From: Endomicrobiales bacterium
GTDB lineage: Bacteria; Elusimicrobiota; Endomicrobiia; Endomicrobiales; CAWCFT01
DNA: 61,253 nucleotides
Assembly (NCBI GenBank): GCA_963794945.1
Contig: CAWCFT010000007.1
Span: 1-61,253, forward strand
Reading direction: 5' to 3'
In this document: positions 1-8,419 of the stretch, piece after piece
How the letters are laid out: the number at the start of each line of letters is the position of its first letter
Position numbering within the stretch: the first letter of the stretch is position 1
Notes under the pieces: model-generated
Database searches by the model: none
The model's input: the letters and a program-made list of their open reading frames with translations, nothing else
What the model was told of the DNA's origin: nothing
Translations under genes and position numbers: made by a program

Positions 1-754
1 CTATAGGGAAAACATCGCGCTCAAGGGAGTAACCTTGAGCATAGATGAGGGTTCGTTTGTTTCTGTCATAGGCCCTAACGGCGCGGGCAAGACAACGCTT
101 CTTACTGTGATAAACGGCCTTGGAACGATACTTTCCGGTTCGGTAAAGGTTTTTGGAAAAGCCCTTCAATCAAACAACTTGTCAGTGATTAGAAAAGATA
201 TAGGTTATATCCCCCAGCATTTAAGCATCGACCCGAGATCGCCGATATCAGTCCGCGAAGCGATAAGCATAGGCAGGTTCGGGAAAATCGGGTTACTCAA
301 TAAGTTGATTACAGCTGATGACGAGATAATAGAGTCAGCAATGGATGCGGTTGGTATAAGCCATTTGGCAAACAATCCCATAGGGCACTTATCTGGCGGT
401 GAACATCAAAAGGTTTCAATTGCGCGGGCGCTAGCGCAACAACCAAAGATTATATTGCTTGACGAGCCGACATCGAATCTTGACCCTAAAGCCCAGGACG
501 AAATTATGCGGTTAATTGAAAGAATTTATTCTTCAGAGAAAAAATACACAATAGTATTTGTTACTCATATTTTAAGCCATATCCCGCAATCCTGTAACCA
601 TGTTGTACTGATGAAAAAAAGCAAAATAATGTACACCGGAAACGCAGAGAAAGCATTAGAAGCGGAATTGCTTTCAGAGCTTTATGATTGTCGCATTGAA
701 ATTGGGGTAATTAATGGTAAAAGGCATTTCCATGCCGGAGAGTCGCATATATAA
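1..754 (+). CDS. Metal (Zn/Mn/Co-type) ABC transporter ATP-binding subunit, 5'-partial
   Basis: Walker A GPNGAGKT, signature LSGGE, Walker B LLDEP, His at C-terminus; frame is open back to position 2, so the start lies outside the window. Confidence 0.9.
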   Translation, partial: YRENIALKGVTLSIDEGSFVSVIGPNGAGKTTLLTVINGLGTILSGSVKVFGKALQSNNLSVIRKDIGYIPQHLSIDPRSPISVREAISIGRFGKIGLLNKLITADDEIIESAMDAVGISHLANNPIGHLSGGEHQKVSIARALAQQPKIILLDEPTSNLDPKAQDEIMRLIERIYSSEKKYTIVFVTHILSHIPQSCNHVVLMKKSKIMYTGNAEKALEAELLSELYDCRIEIGVINGKRHFHAGESHI

Positions 755-762
755 GGAATTTT

Positions 763-1596
763 ATGCTTGAATTTCTGAGTTATGAATTTGTTCAGCGAGC
801 AATCATCGCTTCCATACTTGGCGGCATAACCTGCGGGATAGTTGGCGTATGGGTTGTTCTCTTAAACATCCCGTTTGTAGGCGTAGCGATGTCTCATTCC
901 GCCTTTGCCGGCGCGGTCTTCGGGATCCTATTCCATATCAATCCGCTGGTAACTTCACTGCTGTTTTGTCTTGCCTCTGCGGTGCTCATAGGCCCTATAG
1001 CGGACAAGGGTGATTTCTCGCCTAACATTTCGGTTGGAGTCATATTCTCTTTTGTGCTGGGAATAGCTTTCTTATGCATTGGGCTTCTTAAAGGTCCTAA
1101 AACAGAAGCATTAAACTTTCTTTGGGGGAATATATTAACTATTTCTAAACAGGAAATAATACTTCTTGCGGTAATAGCGGCTGTTATAATCCTATTATTG
1201 AAACTTTTATATAAAGAAATAATGGCCGTTCTTTTTAACCGCGAAATTGCGAAAGCTGTGGGAATTCCTGAGAAAGCAATACTCTACCTGTTGCTTGCAT
1301 TATGCGGAATAACGGTTACTTTGAACCTGAACACTATCGGCGGCCTTCTTATTTTTAGCCTGATAACCGGCTCACCTCTGGCGGCTTATCAGCTTACTTA
1401 TGACTTGAAGAAGATGTATTTGCTTTCCGCGTTGTTCGGGGTTATATCCTGTCTTACGGGGCTTTTCCTGTCCTATTACTTTAATGTCCCTTCCGGAGCT
1501 GTAATCATTATTGTGTCCAGTATGATATTCATTATTTGTATGATATTTTCACCTAAGAGGAGAGCAAAAAATGATGAATCGCAAGCAGTTCTTTGA
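763..1596 (+). CDS. Metal ABC transporter permease (ABC-3/ZnuB family)
   Basis: Multi-TM hydrophobic protein with AMSHSAFAG and LWGNIL motifs; follows the ATPase. Confidence 0.9.
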   Translation: MLEFLSYEFVQRAIIASILGGITCGIVGVWVVLLNIPFVGVAMSHSAFAGAVFGILFHINPLVTSLLFCLASAVLIGPIADKGDFSPNISVGVIFSFVLGIAFLCIGLLKGPKTEALNFLWGNILTISKQEIILLAVIAAVIILLLKLLYKEIMAVLFNREIAKAVGIPEKAILYLLLALCGITVTLNLNTIGGLLIFSLITGSPLAAYQLTYDLKKMYLLSALFGVISCLTGLFLSYYFNVPSGAVIIIVSSMIFIICMIFSPKRRAKNDESQAVL

Positions 1597-2176
1597 TATG
1601 CACGCGCACAAATGGGATAGTTTCGTAACTAAGGATACTATCAAAAGGATAGAGAAAGATATATTACCATTGCTTAAAATTGAAAAATCTGACCAAGTTC
1701 TCGATGTTGGCAGCGGGACAGGGATACTCTTACCATTCTTGCACAAAGCAGTGGGCAAAAAAGGCAGAATAGTTGCGCTCGATTATTCCGCGCCAATGCT
1801 TGAGAAAGCAAAAAACAAATATGGAAATGATTTTGAATACGTATGCGCTGATGCAGCAAAAACACCGTTTGAAGATGCTTCATTTGACATTGTAATCTGT
1901 TTTTCCGTCTTCCCACATTTTCCAAATAAGTTTAAAGTATTAAAAGAGCAATTCCGCATACTTAAGCCAACTGGTAGATTAATTATCGCTCACGCAGATA
2001 ACAGAAAAACAATTAATTCATTTCATAGCAAAGTGGGAGGACCTGTAGCTCGTGACCATATGCCAAACAATGAAGATATGAAGTCGCTCTTAAAAAAGGC
2101 GGCCTTTAATAACAGTTCAGTTAAGGAAGGTAAAGATTATTATTTTGCTACTGGAATAAGAAAACCGTGTCAATGA
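1571..2176 (+). CDS. Class I SAM-dependent methyltransferase (UbiE-like)
   Basis: VLDVGSGTG motif I, LDYSAPML, SFDIV, RILKPTG. Confidence 0.85.
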   Translation: MMNRKQFFDMHAHKWDSFVTKDTIKRIEKDILPLLKIEKSDQVLDVGSGTGILLPFLHKAVGKKGRIVALDYSAPMLEKAKNKYGNDFEYVCADAAKTPFEDASFDIVICFSVFPHFPNKFKVLKEQFRILKPTGRLIIAHADNRKTINSFHSKVGGPVARDHMPNNEDMKSLLKKAAFNNSSVKEGKDYYFATGIRKPCQ

Positions 2177-2268
2177 ATTGCCGGTAGTTTATTGAGACAG
2201 ATATCGATAATTATAAAAAAAAGATTTATTCAACTCACTTAATCCGAGTTAATTCTGATAGCAATTAT

Positions 2269-3129
2269 ATGCTTAAACTTTCACCAATTACCTTTGATAA
2301 ATTCATCAGGGAACTCAATCCTTTCAATAAAAAGACCGTTAATTTCGACCTCTCGCAAGTGCAATTTATCTCCCCGGCAGTCCTTACCCAGCTATGCTCG
2401 TTGTGCCACGCCCTTCACAAAGAAAATAAGCAGATTTTCATAAAAGTCAGCAAAGAAATAGGCCGGTATATGGCGCGAACCGGCTTTGTTAAAAGCATAG
2501 AACACATAGCACAGATAGGGCCTAAAGAATATATTCAAACAGGCGAATATAAGGAAATGTGCGGCTTAAATCCCTTGCTTATTGAAGTGACTAAAATTGA
2601 TAATATCGCTGTACTTCCTGAGTTACTTGACCAGATTGTTCGGGTGCTGAACATTGATCTTAAATACCCAAAACATGATGCATATGACATCGTTACAGCC
2701 ATATCAGAAGTTTGCCAAAATACGCTGGATCATAACCGTGGAATCCCCGCTTTTATAGCAATGCAGTCATACTGGGGTGAAGAAAATAAGTTCCTGGAAA
2801 TAGGAATATCTGATTACGGCGCAGGCCTTACCGCTACACTAAGCAAGAACGAGAAAAACCCCAAAATGCGGACAGACTTAGAAGCAATTAATTACGCGAC
2901 AAAACCAAGAACCTCGGAGTACGATGACCCCACAAGAGGTACAGGCCTTTATCATCTAATGAGGTTTACATACCGCAATTGCGGTTTGGTCCAAATACAT
3001 TCAGGCAACGGAAAAATAAGACAAAGAAGGAAGAAACGGACTGAATGGAATTCAACAGCCCCATACCTGCCTGGTGTTCATGTAGTATTGGAGTTCGGCA
3101 CAAAAAAATATTTGATGTGGGAGGCTTGA
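2269..3129 (+). CDS. STAS-like + GHKL/HATPase_c ATP-binding protein (anti-sigma-kinase-like)
   Basis: N-terminal FDLSQVQFISP (STAS-like); N box SEVCQNTLDH, G1 ISDYGAG, G2 RGTGL. Confidence 0.7.
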   Translation: MLKLSPITFDKFIRELNPFNKKTVNFDLSQVQFISPAVLTQLCSLCHALHKENKQIFIKVSKEIGRYMARTGFVKSIEHIAQIGPKEYIQTGEYKEMCGLNPLLIEVTKIDNIAVLPELLDQIVRVLNIDLKYPKHDAYDIVTAISEVCQNTLDHNRGIPAFIAMQSYWGEENKFLEIGISDYGAGLTATLSKNEKNPKMRTDLEAINYATKPRTSEYDDPTRGTGLYHLMRFTYRNCGLVQIHSGNGKIRQRRKKRTEWNSTAPYLPGVHVVLEFGTKKYLMWEA

Positions 3130-3154
3130 CAAATCATATTATTTGTGCTACAGT
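3126..3154 (+). promoter_or_regulatory. Sigma70-type promoter, probably leaderless, for the STAS-wHTH gene
   Basis: TTGACA(3126-3131)-17 bp-TACAGT(3149-3154) with TGn extension; ATG at 3162 has no SD. Confidence 0.65.
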
Positions 3155-3161
3155 GTAAGTG

Positions 3162-3713
3162 ATGAATAAGGGAATTGAGCTACTAAAACTAGGCGGCAGC
3201 AAACAACTCTGGACCCGCGAAAAGGCCCGGGAGATCAGGAACGAGTTAGATAAAATACTTGGCTCCTTAGAACAAGGCGGCGCCCTGGTTCTTGATATAA
3301 AGGGCGTAGAAGTCTTTGACTATTCCTTTGCAAACGAGCTGTTTGGAAAGACGATCATATCCCTTGCAAATGAATATAAGAACCGCTTCTTTATAGTTGA
3401 GAACCTGAGCGACTACACCCGTGAAAACCTTGACAAAGCCTTAGAGAGCCTTAACATGATAATGATAGAAAGGAAGAACGGCAAATTAGAGCTAATAGGC
3501 AAAGTACACCCCGCAGATAACCAGACATTTAACCTCATCAAAGAGTCCTCAAAACCCATAACAGCAATAGAACTAAAGGACAAATTAAACATTAATTTAA
3601 CAGCGGTAAATGAGCGATTAACCAAGCTTACAGAGCAGGGAGTAGTCATGCGCGATACAGGTGTATCAGGAGCAGGTAGGCAGCAGTATATTTACTCGGG
3701 CCCGAAGTTGTAG
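3162..3713 (+). CDS. STAS-like (DUF4325-like) domain + C-terminal winged-helix DNA-binding protein
   Basis: LVLDIKGVEVFDYSFANELF STAS-like motif; TAIELKDKLNINLTAVNERLTKLTEQGVV...GRQQYIY wHTH. Confidence 0.7.
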   Translation: MNKGIELLKLGGSKQLWTREKAREIRNELDKILGSLEQGGALVLDIKGVEVFDYSFANELFGKTIISLANEYKNRFFIVENLSDYTRENLDKALESLNMIMIERKNGKLELIGKVHPADNQTFNLIKESSKPITAIELKDKLNINLTAVNERLTKLTEQGVVMRDTGVSGAGRQQYIYSGPKL

Positions 3714-3899
3714 GTCATATATTTTTTACCCACACATACACTATGTGCAGTGTAAGAAACGGAGAAGTAAAGATGTCAGAAAAAAGCGCAAAGAACCAAC
3801 GAGAAAAAGAACAGAAAAACATTAAAAACTGTATGACACCGAACAAGACACTCGCTGGTGACACTGTTTTATCAGCACATAGATTAACTGATATTTTGA

Positions 3900-4020
3900 T
3901 ATTTCTATCAGTTTTCGCCCGCCTGGGGGTGTGGTTTTCGCGTGAGACGTGCGGAAACCACACCCCCACATCATCCTCTATAAATAGAGTATGGTGCAGG
4001 GTCGGGCGAAAACAGAAATA
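3900..4020 (+). other. Three-way-junction structured element (candidate single-strand origin/oriT or ncRNA)
   Basis: Closing stem 3911-3921/4003-4013 (11 bp perfect) plus 3900-3906/4014-4020; hairpin 3924-3937/3955-3968 (14 bp perfect); hairpin 3969-3996. Confidence 0.7.
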
Positions 4021-4158
4021 TAGGAGAAAAAATAAAGAAAAGTAGTGAAGAAATAAAATGATAAAAAGTTAGAAAACATGAGAATAACCAAAATAAGAAC
4101 CAAGATAAAAAACAAGACAAAAAATAAAAGAAAAAAATAAGGGTAAAAGGAAAAAAAG

Positions 4159-4911
4159 ATGATGAAAAGTATAACGGAAAGAAATAAGAAAGTGTTACAG
4201 GTAATAGGGGAACACGGGTATGTAACATATAAAGAAATACAGAACATAACAGGAACAAAAAGACAGGCATTCAGGGTAATAGACAGTATGATGAATTCAA
4301 ATAAGTTCATTGAATCTTTTGATACAGGCCTTATTCCTTCAAGGGGGTATTACTTGACCAAAAAGGGCGGGGACGCCCTTAGCGTTTTTGGTACGCTGCG
4401 CGTATGCTCATTGTTTAAGCCCTGTGATTTCGGGCCATCAGAATTTTATCATAACCTTTCGATAATTCATGCGCGGCTTGCCCTTGAAAAGCACCCGTAC
4501 TTTCTTGACTTTGAAACACCGCGGGTCCTGCTGGCAAAGAGAGGCGAGCTGCCGGAGTTGAAGCCTGACGCGGAAGTTATTTTCAAAGAAGACCATACAC
4601 CGGAAACAAGGACAATTCGCACCGGGCTTGAAATAGAACTGAGGCCCAAGTGGCATGAGCGGAACATCAAGAAGATGAAAAAATTTGACACAGGTAATTT
4701 CAGCCACCTTCAAAACATAATATGGGTTTGTAATGATAATATCACGATCACTGCGCTGTGCAGGGCGATAAAGGCTGGAAGGTTATTTGAGCCAAGTAAG
4801 CATCGGTTTCTGGTTCTGAATGACCTGCTGGAAAATGGTGTCTTTACCTGTAAGATCACGGACTGGCAAGGTAAAGAGTGTAGTTTATTTGTTCGTAAGG
4901 GAAGGGAATGA
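4159..4911 (+). CDS. Replication-relaxation family protein (wHTH + PD-(D/E)xK-like)
   Basis: ITERNKKVL...YYLTKKG wHTH, HNLSIIHARL, KPDA...GLEIELRPK pattern typical of Replic_Relax; directly upstream of xis-int. Confidence 0.65.
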   Translation: MMKSITERNKKVLQVIGEHGYVTYKEIQNITGTKRQAFRVIDSMMNSNKFIESFDTGLIPSRGYYLTKKGGDALSVFGTLRVCSLFKPCDFGPSEFYHNLSIIHARLALEKHPYFLDFETPRVLLAKRGELPELKPDAEVIFKEDHTPETRTIRTGLEIELRPKWHERNIKKMKKFDTGNFSHLQNIIWVCNDNITITALCRAIKAGRLFEPSKHRFLVLNDLLENGVFTCKITDWQGKECSLFVRKGRE

Positions 4912-5132
4912 AAATGGATGTTGTGAAAAGTGTAATGGAAAAACGGTTGCTTAACATTAACGAGGCTTCTGAATACTTGGGAGTTACCAAGGGCACGCTG
5001 TATGTTTGGGCCTGCCACAGGAGAGTGCCTTATGTTAAGATTGGACGTTTGACGAAATTTGATTTGAAAGATTTGGAGAGATGGATTGACGCAAGAAAAG
5101 TCGAAACAAAGAGTTTTGATTTAATACGCTAA
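4908..5132 (+). CDS. Excisionase-like HTH_17 DNA-binding protein
   Basis: LLNINEASEYLGVTKGTLYVW...VPYVKIGRLTKFDLKDLERW. Confidence 0.85.
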   Translation: MKMDVVKSVMEKRLLNINEASEYLGVTKGTLYVWACHRRVPYVKIGRLTKFDLKDLERWIDARKVETKSFDLIR

Positions 5133-5161
5133 TTTTGGTAGAATTAGCAAGGAGTTTAGCC

Positions 5162-6493
5162 ATGAGTATGTTCAGAATTTGCCCTAAGTGTTTGAAAATG
5201 TGCGGGAAAAACGCGGAGTCAATGCGTTTTATTGAAAAATGCCCTGCCTGCGATATTTCGCTGGAAGGAAGAATCTGGTATATTGATTATCATGTAAAAG
5301 GTGAGAGGGTGAGAGAATTGGTCAGCCCCAGCAGGAAGTTTGCGGAGGACGTGCTTGCCAAAAGAAAGACGCAGATAAAAGAAGGAAAGTTCTTTGAAAC
5401 AAATAGAAAAGAAGTCCATACCTTGCAGGAGATAGCAAACGACTTTCTTGAATATTCCCGGAACAACAAAAGGTCTTATGACCGGGATTTAGGGATTGTC
5501 AGCACGCTCATTTCATTTTTCGGGGATAGGAAGCTTGAGGAAATTACACCTATTAGTATAGAGCAGTTCAAGGGAAAGCGTTTGGATGATGGGCGCAAAC
5601 CAGGCACAGTGAACAGGGAACTTGCCGCCTTGAAGTGCATGTTCAATTGGGCGATCAAGAATGAGAAGACATCAGTTAACCCGATGAAGAAAGTCAGGAT
5701 GATGCAAGAGAATAACACAAGGTTGCGTTATCTCTCAAGAGAAGAATCGCAGAAACTGCTCGAGCATTGCACAGAGCAGATAAGGCCGATTGTCATTACC
5801 GCATTGCTTACAGGCATGAGGCGCGGCGAAATATTAGGGCTTAAATGGGAAGACGTTAATCCGGGACAGGGCATTATAGCCCTTAAACACACAAAATCGG
5901 GAAAGACGCGTTACATCCCGATTTCATCAGAGTTAATGAAAGTTCTCGACCGGTGCAGAAGTACGTCAGATGGTGAGCATGTTTTCTGCAACAGCGACAG
6001 GTTGCCTTACAAGTATATTGACAGTTTATTTCAGAACATAGTCAAGAGATCGGGGATAAAGGATTTCCACTTCCATGATTTAAGGCACACGGCAGCTTCT
6101 TATCTTGTAATGGCAGGTGTTGATCTGGTTACAGTAAAGGAAATTTTAGGGCACGCAACGCTTGACATGACATTAAGGTATTCTCACCTTTCGCCGGTAC
6201 ACAAGAAGGATGCAGTAGAAAAGCTTGCTGTAAAAATGGTCAATATTTGGTCAATACGGGGTACTGATAGCAAAGATGAAGAAATTGAAGGAAGCAAAAA
6301 CACCTTCAATAATGAGTCAGAAAATAAAAAATGGAGAGGTGGCCGAGTGGTTGATGGTGCCGGTCTCGAAAACCGGTGTACCCTCACGGGTACCGTGGGT
6401 TCAAATCCCACCCTCTCCGCCAGTAAGAGAATAAACATGAACATAATACTCATCAATAGACTAGGAAAACGCAGAAGAAGGGCCTATCTGTAG
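5162..6493 (+). CDS. Tyrosine recombinase/integrase with N-terminal CxxC..CxxC; ORF continues through the tRNA
   Basis: Catalytic R (TGMRRGE), K (TKSGK), HDLRH, LGH, Y (TLRYSH) all present; SD AAGGAG before ATG 5162. Confidence 0.92.
   Translation: MSMFRICPKCLKMCGKNAESMRFIEKCPACDISLEGRIWYIDYHVKGERVRELVSPSRKFAEDVLAKRKTQIKEGKFFETNRKEVHTLQEIANDFLEYSRNNKRSYDRDLGIVSTLISFFGDRKLEEITPISIEQFKGKRLDDGRKPGTVNRELAALKCMFNWAIKNEKTSVNPMKKVRMMQENNTRLRYLSREESQKLLEHCTEQIRPIVITALLTGMRRGEILGLKWEDVNPGQGIIALKHTKSGKTRYIPISSELMKVLDRCRSTSDGEHVFCNSDRLPYKYIDSLFQNIVKRSGIKDFHFHDLRHTAASYLVMAGVDLVTVKEILGHATLDMTLRYSHLSPVHKKDAVEKLAVKMVNIWSIRGTDSKDEEIEGSKNTFNNESENKKWRGGRVVDGAGLENRCTLTGTVGSNPTLSASKRINMNIILINRLGKRRRRAYL
6237..6256 (+). 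repeat. Direct repeat TGGTCAATA x2 (candidate integrase arm-type sites)
   Basis: Copies at 6237-6245 and 6248-6256, 11-bp period, just after the catalytic domain and about 80 bp from the tRNA. Confidence 0.55.
6333..6422 (+). tRNA. tRNA-Ser(CGA)
   Basis: Acceptor GGAGAGG/CCTCTCC-G-CCA, anticodon arm CCGGT-CTCGAAA-ACCGG, long variable arm GTACCC/GGGTAC, T loop TTCAAAT; 90 nt. Confidence 0.95.
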
Positions 6494-6598
6494 AATCCTC
6501 AGAAAATCCTGCCAAATAAAAATCAAAATAAATTGATCTAGCAGGTTCGATAATGCATTGTGTCTCGTGCATACGGTAGTTTTACCACAGGAAAAATC

Positions 6599-8413
6599 AT
6601 GGAACAGAACAAGATCAGGAACATCGCCATCATCGCTCACGTTGACCACGGCAAAACAACGCTTGTGGACCAGCTCTTCAAACAGAGCGGCATGTTCCGA
6701 GAGAACGAAGTGACAGAAGAAAGAATGATGGATTCTATAGACATAGAACGCGAGCGCGGTATAACTATCGCCTCCAAGAACGGTTCCTTTAACTACAAAG
6801 ACCATCTGATAAACATAATCGATACACCGGGCCATGCGGATTTTGGCGGCCAGGTTGAGAGGGTGTTGAAGATGGCCGATGGCGTCCTGCTGCTGGTTGA
6901 CGCGGCCGAGGGCCCGATGCCGCAGACCTATTTTGTGCTCAAAAAGGCGCTCGCCCTGAACCTTACCGTTATCGTAGTCATAAACAAGATAGACAAGCCT
7001 GCCGCCCGCTGTGATTGGACGGCGGACCAGGTGCTGAATCTTTTCATAAAGCTTCACGCTCCGGACCACCTGCTCGATTTCCCTCTTATATACGCCTCAG
7101 CGAGGGACGGCTACGCTGTAAACGACTATAAAGAAAAAGGCGTATCGATGGAACCGCTTTTCGCTAAGATACTTAAGTGCATCCCTCCGCCTACGGGTGA
7201 CCCGGAAGGGCCCCTGCAGATGCTGGTTAGCTCTATAAGCTATTCACAGTTCCTTGGAAGGCTAGCCACCGGCAAGATAACGTCCGGGAAACTCAGCATG
7301 AACGCGGCCATAGTAGTTGCAAAAACAGATAAAAAACTTGTGCCAGCGAGAATAACCAAGATATACCGTTTCGTCGGGACTGAGAAAAAAGAAACGGATA
7401 TAGCAAGCGTCGGCGAGATAGTGGCTGTCGCGGGCATGGATGACATAACTGTCGGTGAGACGCTCACGGACGCGCTGAACCCCTTGCCGCTGCCTCCAAT
7501 GCAGATCGACCCGCCAACGATTTCGATGAATTTCATACCGAACGATTCGCCTTTCTCCGGAACGGAAGGGACGTTCGTTACGTCAAGGCACCTTAGGGAG
7601 AGGCTTTACCGCGAGACGCTATCTGACATCGCTCTTACGGTAGAAGACTTGCAGGATTCAACGGGCTATAAGGTTTCCGGCCGCGGCGAACTGCATCTCT
7701 CGATACTGATAGAAAAAATGCGCCGGGAAGGTTACGAGTTCCAGGTGAGCCGTCCTCATGTAATCCTCAAGGAAGAGAACGGCAAAACGCTCGAGCCTTA
7801 CGAAGAGCTGATCTTGGATTTCGATGAAGCCTATATAGGAAATGTCATGAACAATATCGGCGGCCGCAGGGGCCAGATGCAGGATATGCACCAGGAAGGC
7901 GGCATGGCGCGCCTGAAATTCAAGATACCAACTAGAGGTCTGCTGGGATTTAAGTCCGAGTTCATGACGGATACCAAAGGCACAGGTATAATGAACTATA
8001 TATTCTCCGGGTACGATGAATACGCCGGTGAGATAAGGAACCGCAAGAACGGCGTCCTTCTGGCTATGGAAGCCGGGACTACCGCTGGCTACGCGCTCTT
8101 CAGCCTTCAGGAAAGAGGCGAGCTTTTTGTCGGCGCCGGAGTTAAGGTTTATAAAGGACAGATAATCGGCGAGCATTCCCGCGAGAACGACCTCAATGTC
8201 AACCCGTCAAAGGGAAAAAAGCTGACCAACATGAGAGCCGCGGGCTCGGACGAGAATATAGTGCTTACCCCGGCAACGGACATGACTCTTGAAAAGTGCA
8301 TAGCCTATATAAACGACGACGAGCTTGTTGAAATAACGCCGAAATCGGTCAGGATGAGAAAGGCCGAGCTCGACGCCTTAAGGCGTAAAAGAGAGAAGAT
8401 GGGAAAGTTATAA
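6599..8413 (+). CDS. typA: Translational GTPase TypA/BipA
   Basis: [45 protein letters not shown]. Confidence 0.97.
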   Translation: MEQNKIRNIAIIAHVDHGKTTLVDQLFKQSGMFRENEVTEERMMDSIDIERERGITIASKNGSFNYKDHLINIIDTPGHADFGGQVERVLKMADGVLLLVDAAEGPMPQTYFVLKKALALNLTVIVVINKIDKPAARCDWTADQVLNLFIKLHAPDHLLDFPLIYASARDGYAVNDYKEKGVSMEPLFAKILKCIPPPTGDPEGPLQMLVSSISYSQFLGRLATGKITSGKLSMNAAIVVAKTDKKLVPARITKIYRFVGTEKKETDIASVGEIVAVAGMDDITVGETLTDALNPLPLPPMQIDPPTISMNFIPNDSPFSGTEGTFVTSRHLRERLYRETLSDIALTVEDLQDSTGYKVSGRGELHLSILIEKMRREGYEFQVSRPHVILKEENGKTLEPYEELILDFDEAYIGNVMNNIGGRRGQMQDMHQEGGMARLKFKIPTRGLLGFKSEFMTDTKGTGIMNYIFSGYDEYAGEIRNRKNGVLLAMEAGTTAGYALFSLQERGELFVGAGVKVYKGQIIGEHSRENDLNVNPSKGKKLTNMRAAGSDENIVLTPATDMTLEKCIAYINDDELVEITPKSVRMRKAELDALRRKREKMGKL

Positions 8414-8419
8414 ATATTT

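Larger units (their letters stand above)
2200..6422 (+). mobile_element. Right-hand part of a tRNA-Ser-associated integrative element; left boundary not identified and may lie outside the window
   Basis: rep/relaxase-xis-int adjacent to a tRNA; visibly more AT-rich than the core genes from 6600 onward. Confidence 0.7.

Noticed and set aside
3900..4020. Retron msr-msd interpretation of the IR-enclosed hairpins
   Set aside because: No reverse transcriptase ORF (no YxDD-type RT motifs) in the window.
3715..4310. ORFs 3743-4045(+), 3715-3969(-), 3971-4270(-), 3978-4310(-)
   Set aside because: Low-complexity products of the A-rich tract and hairpin; no recognisable motifs.
1..6332. Second att copy (tRNA-Ser fragment) marking the left end of the element
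   Set aside because: None noticed by eye in the window; an exact-match search on the longer contig is needed.
6461..8176. Long antisense ORFs over typA (also over accC, lysC, ilvD, ilvN)
   Set aside because: Shadow frames of well-conserved + strand genes.
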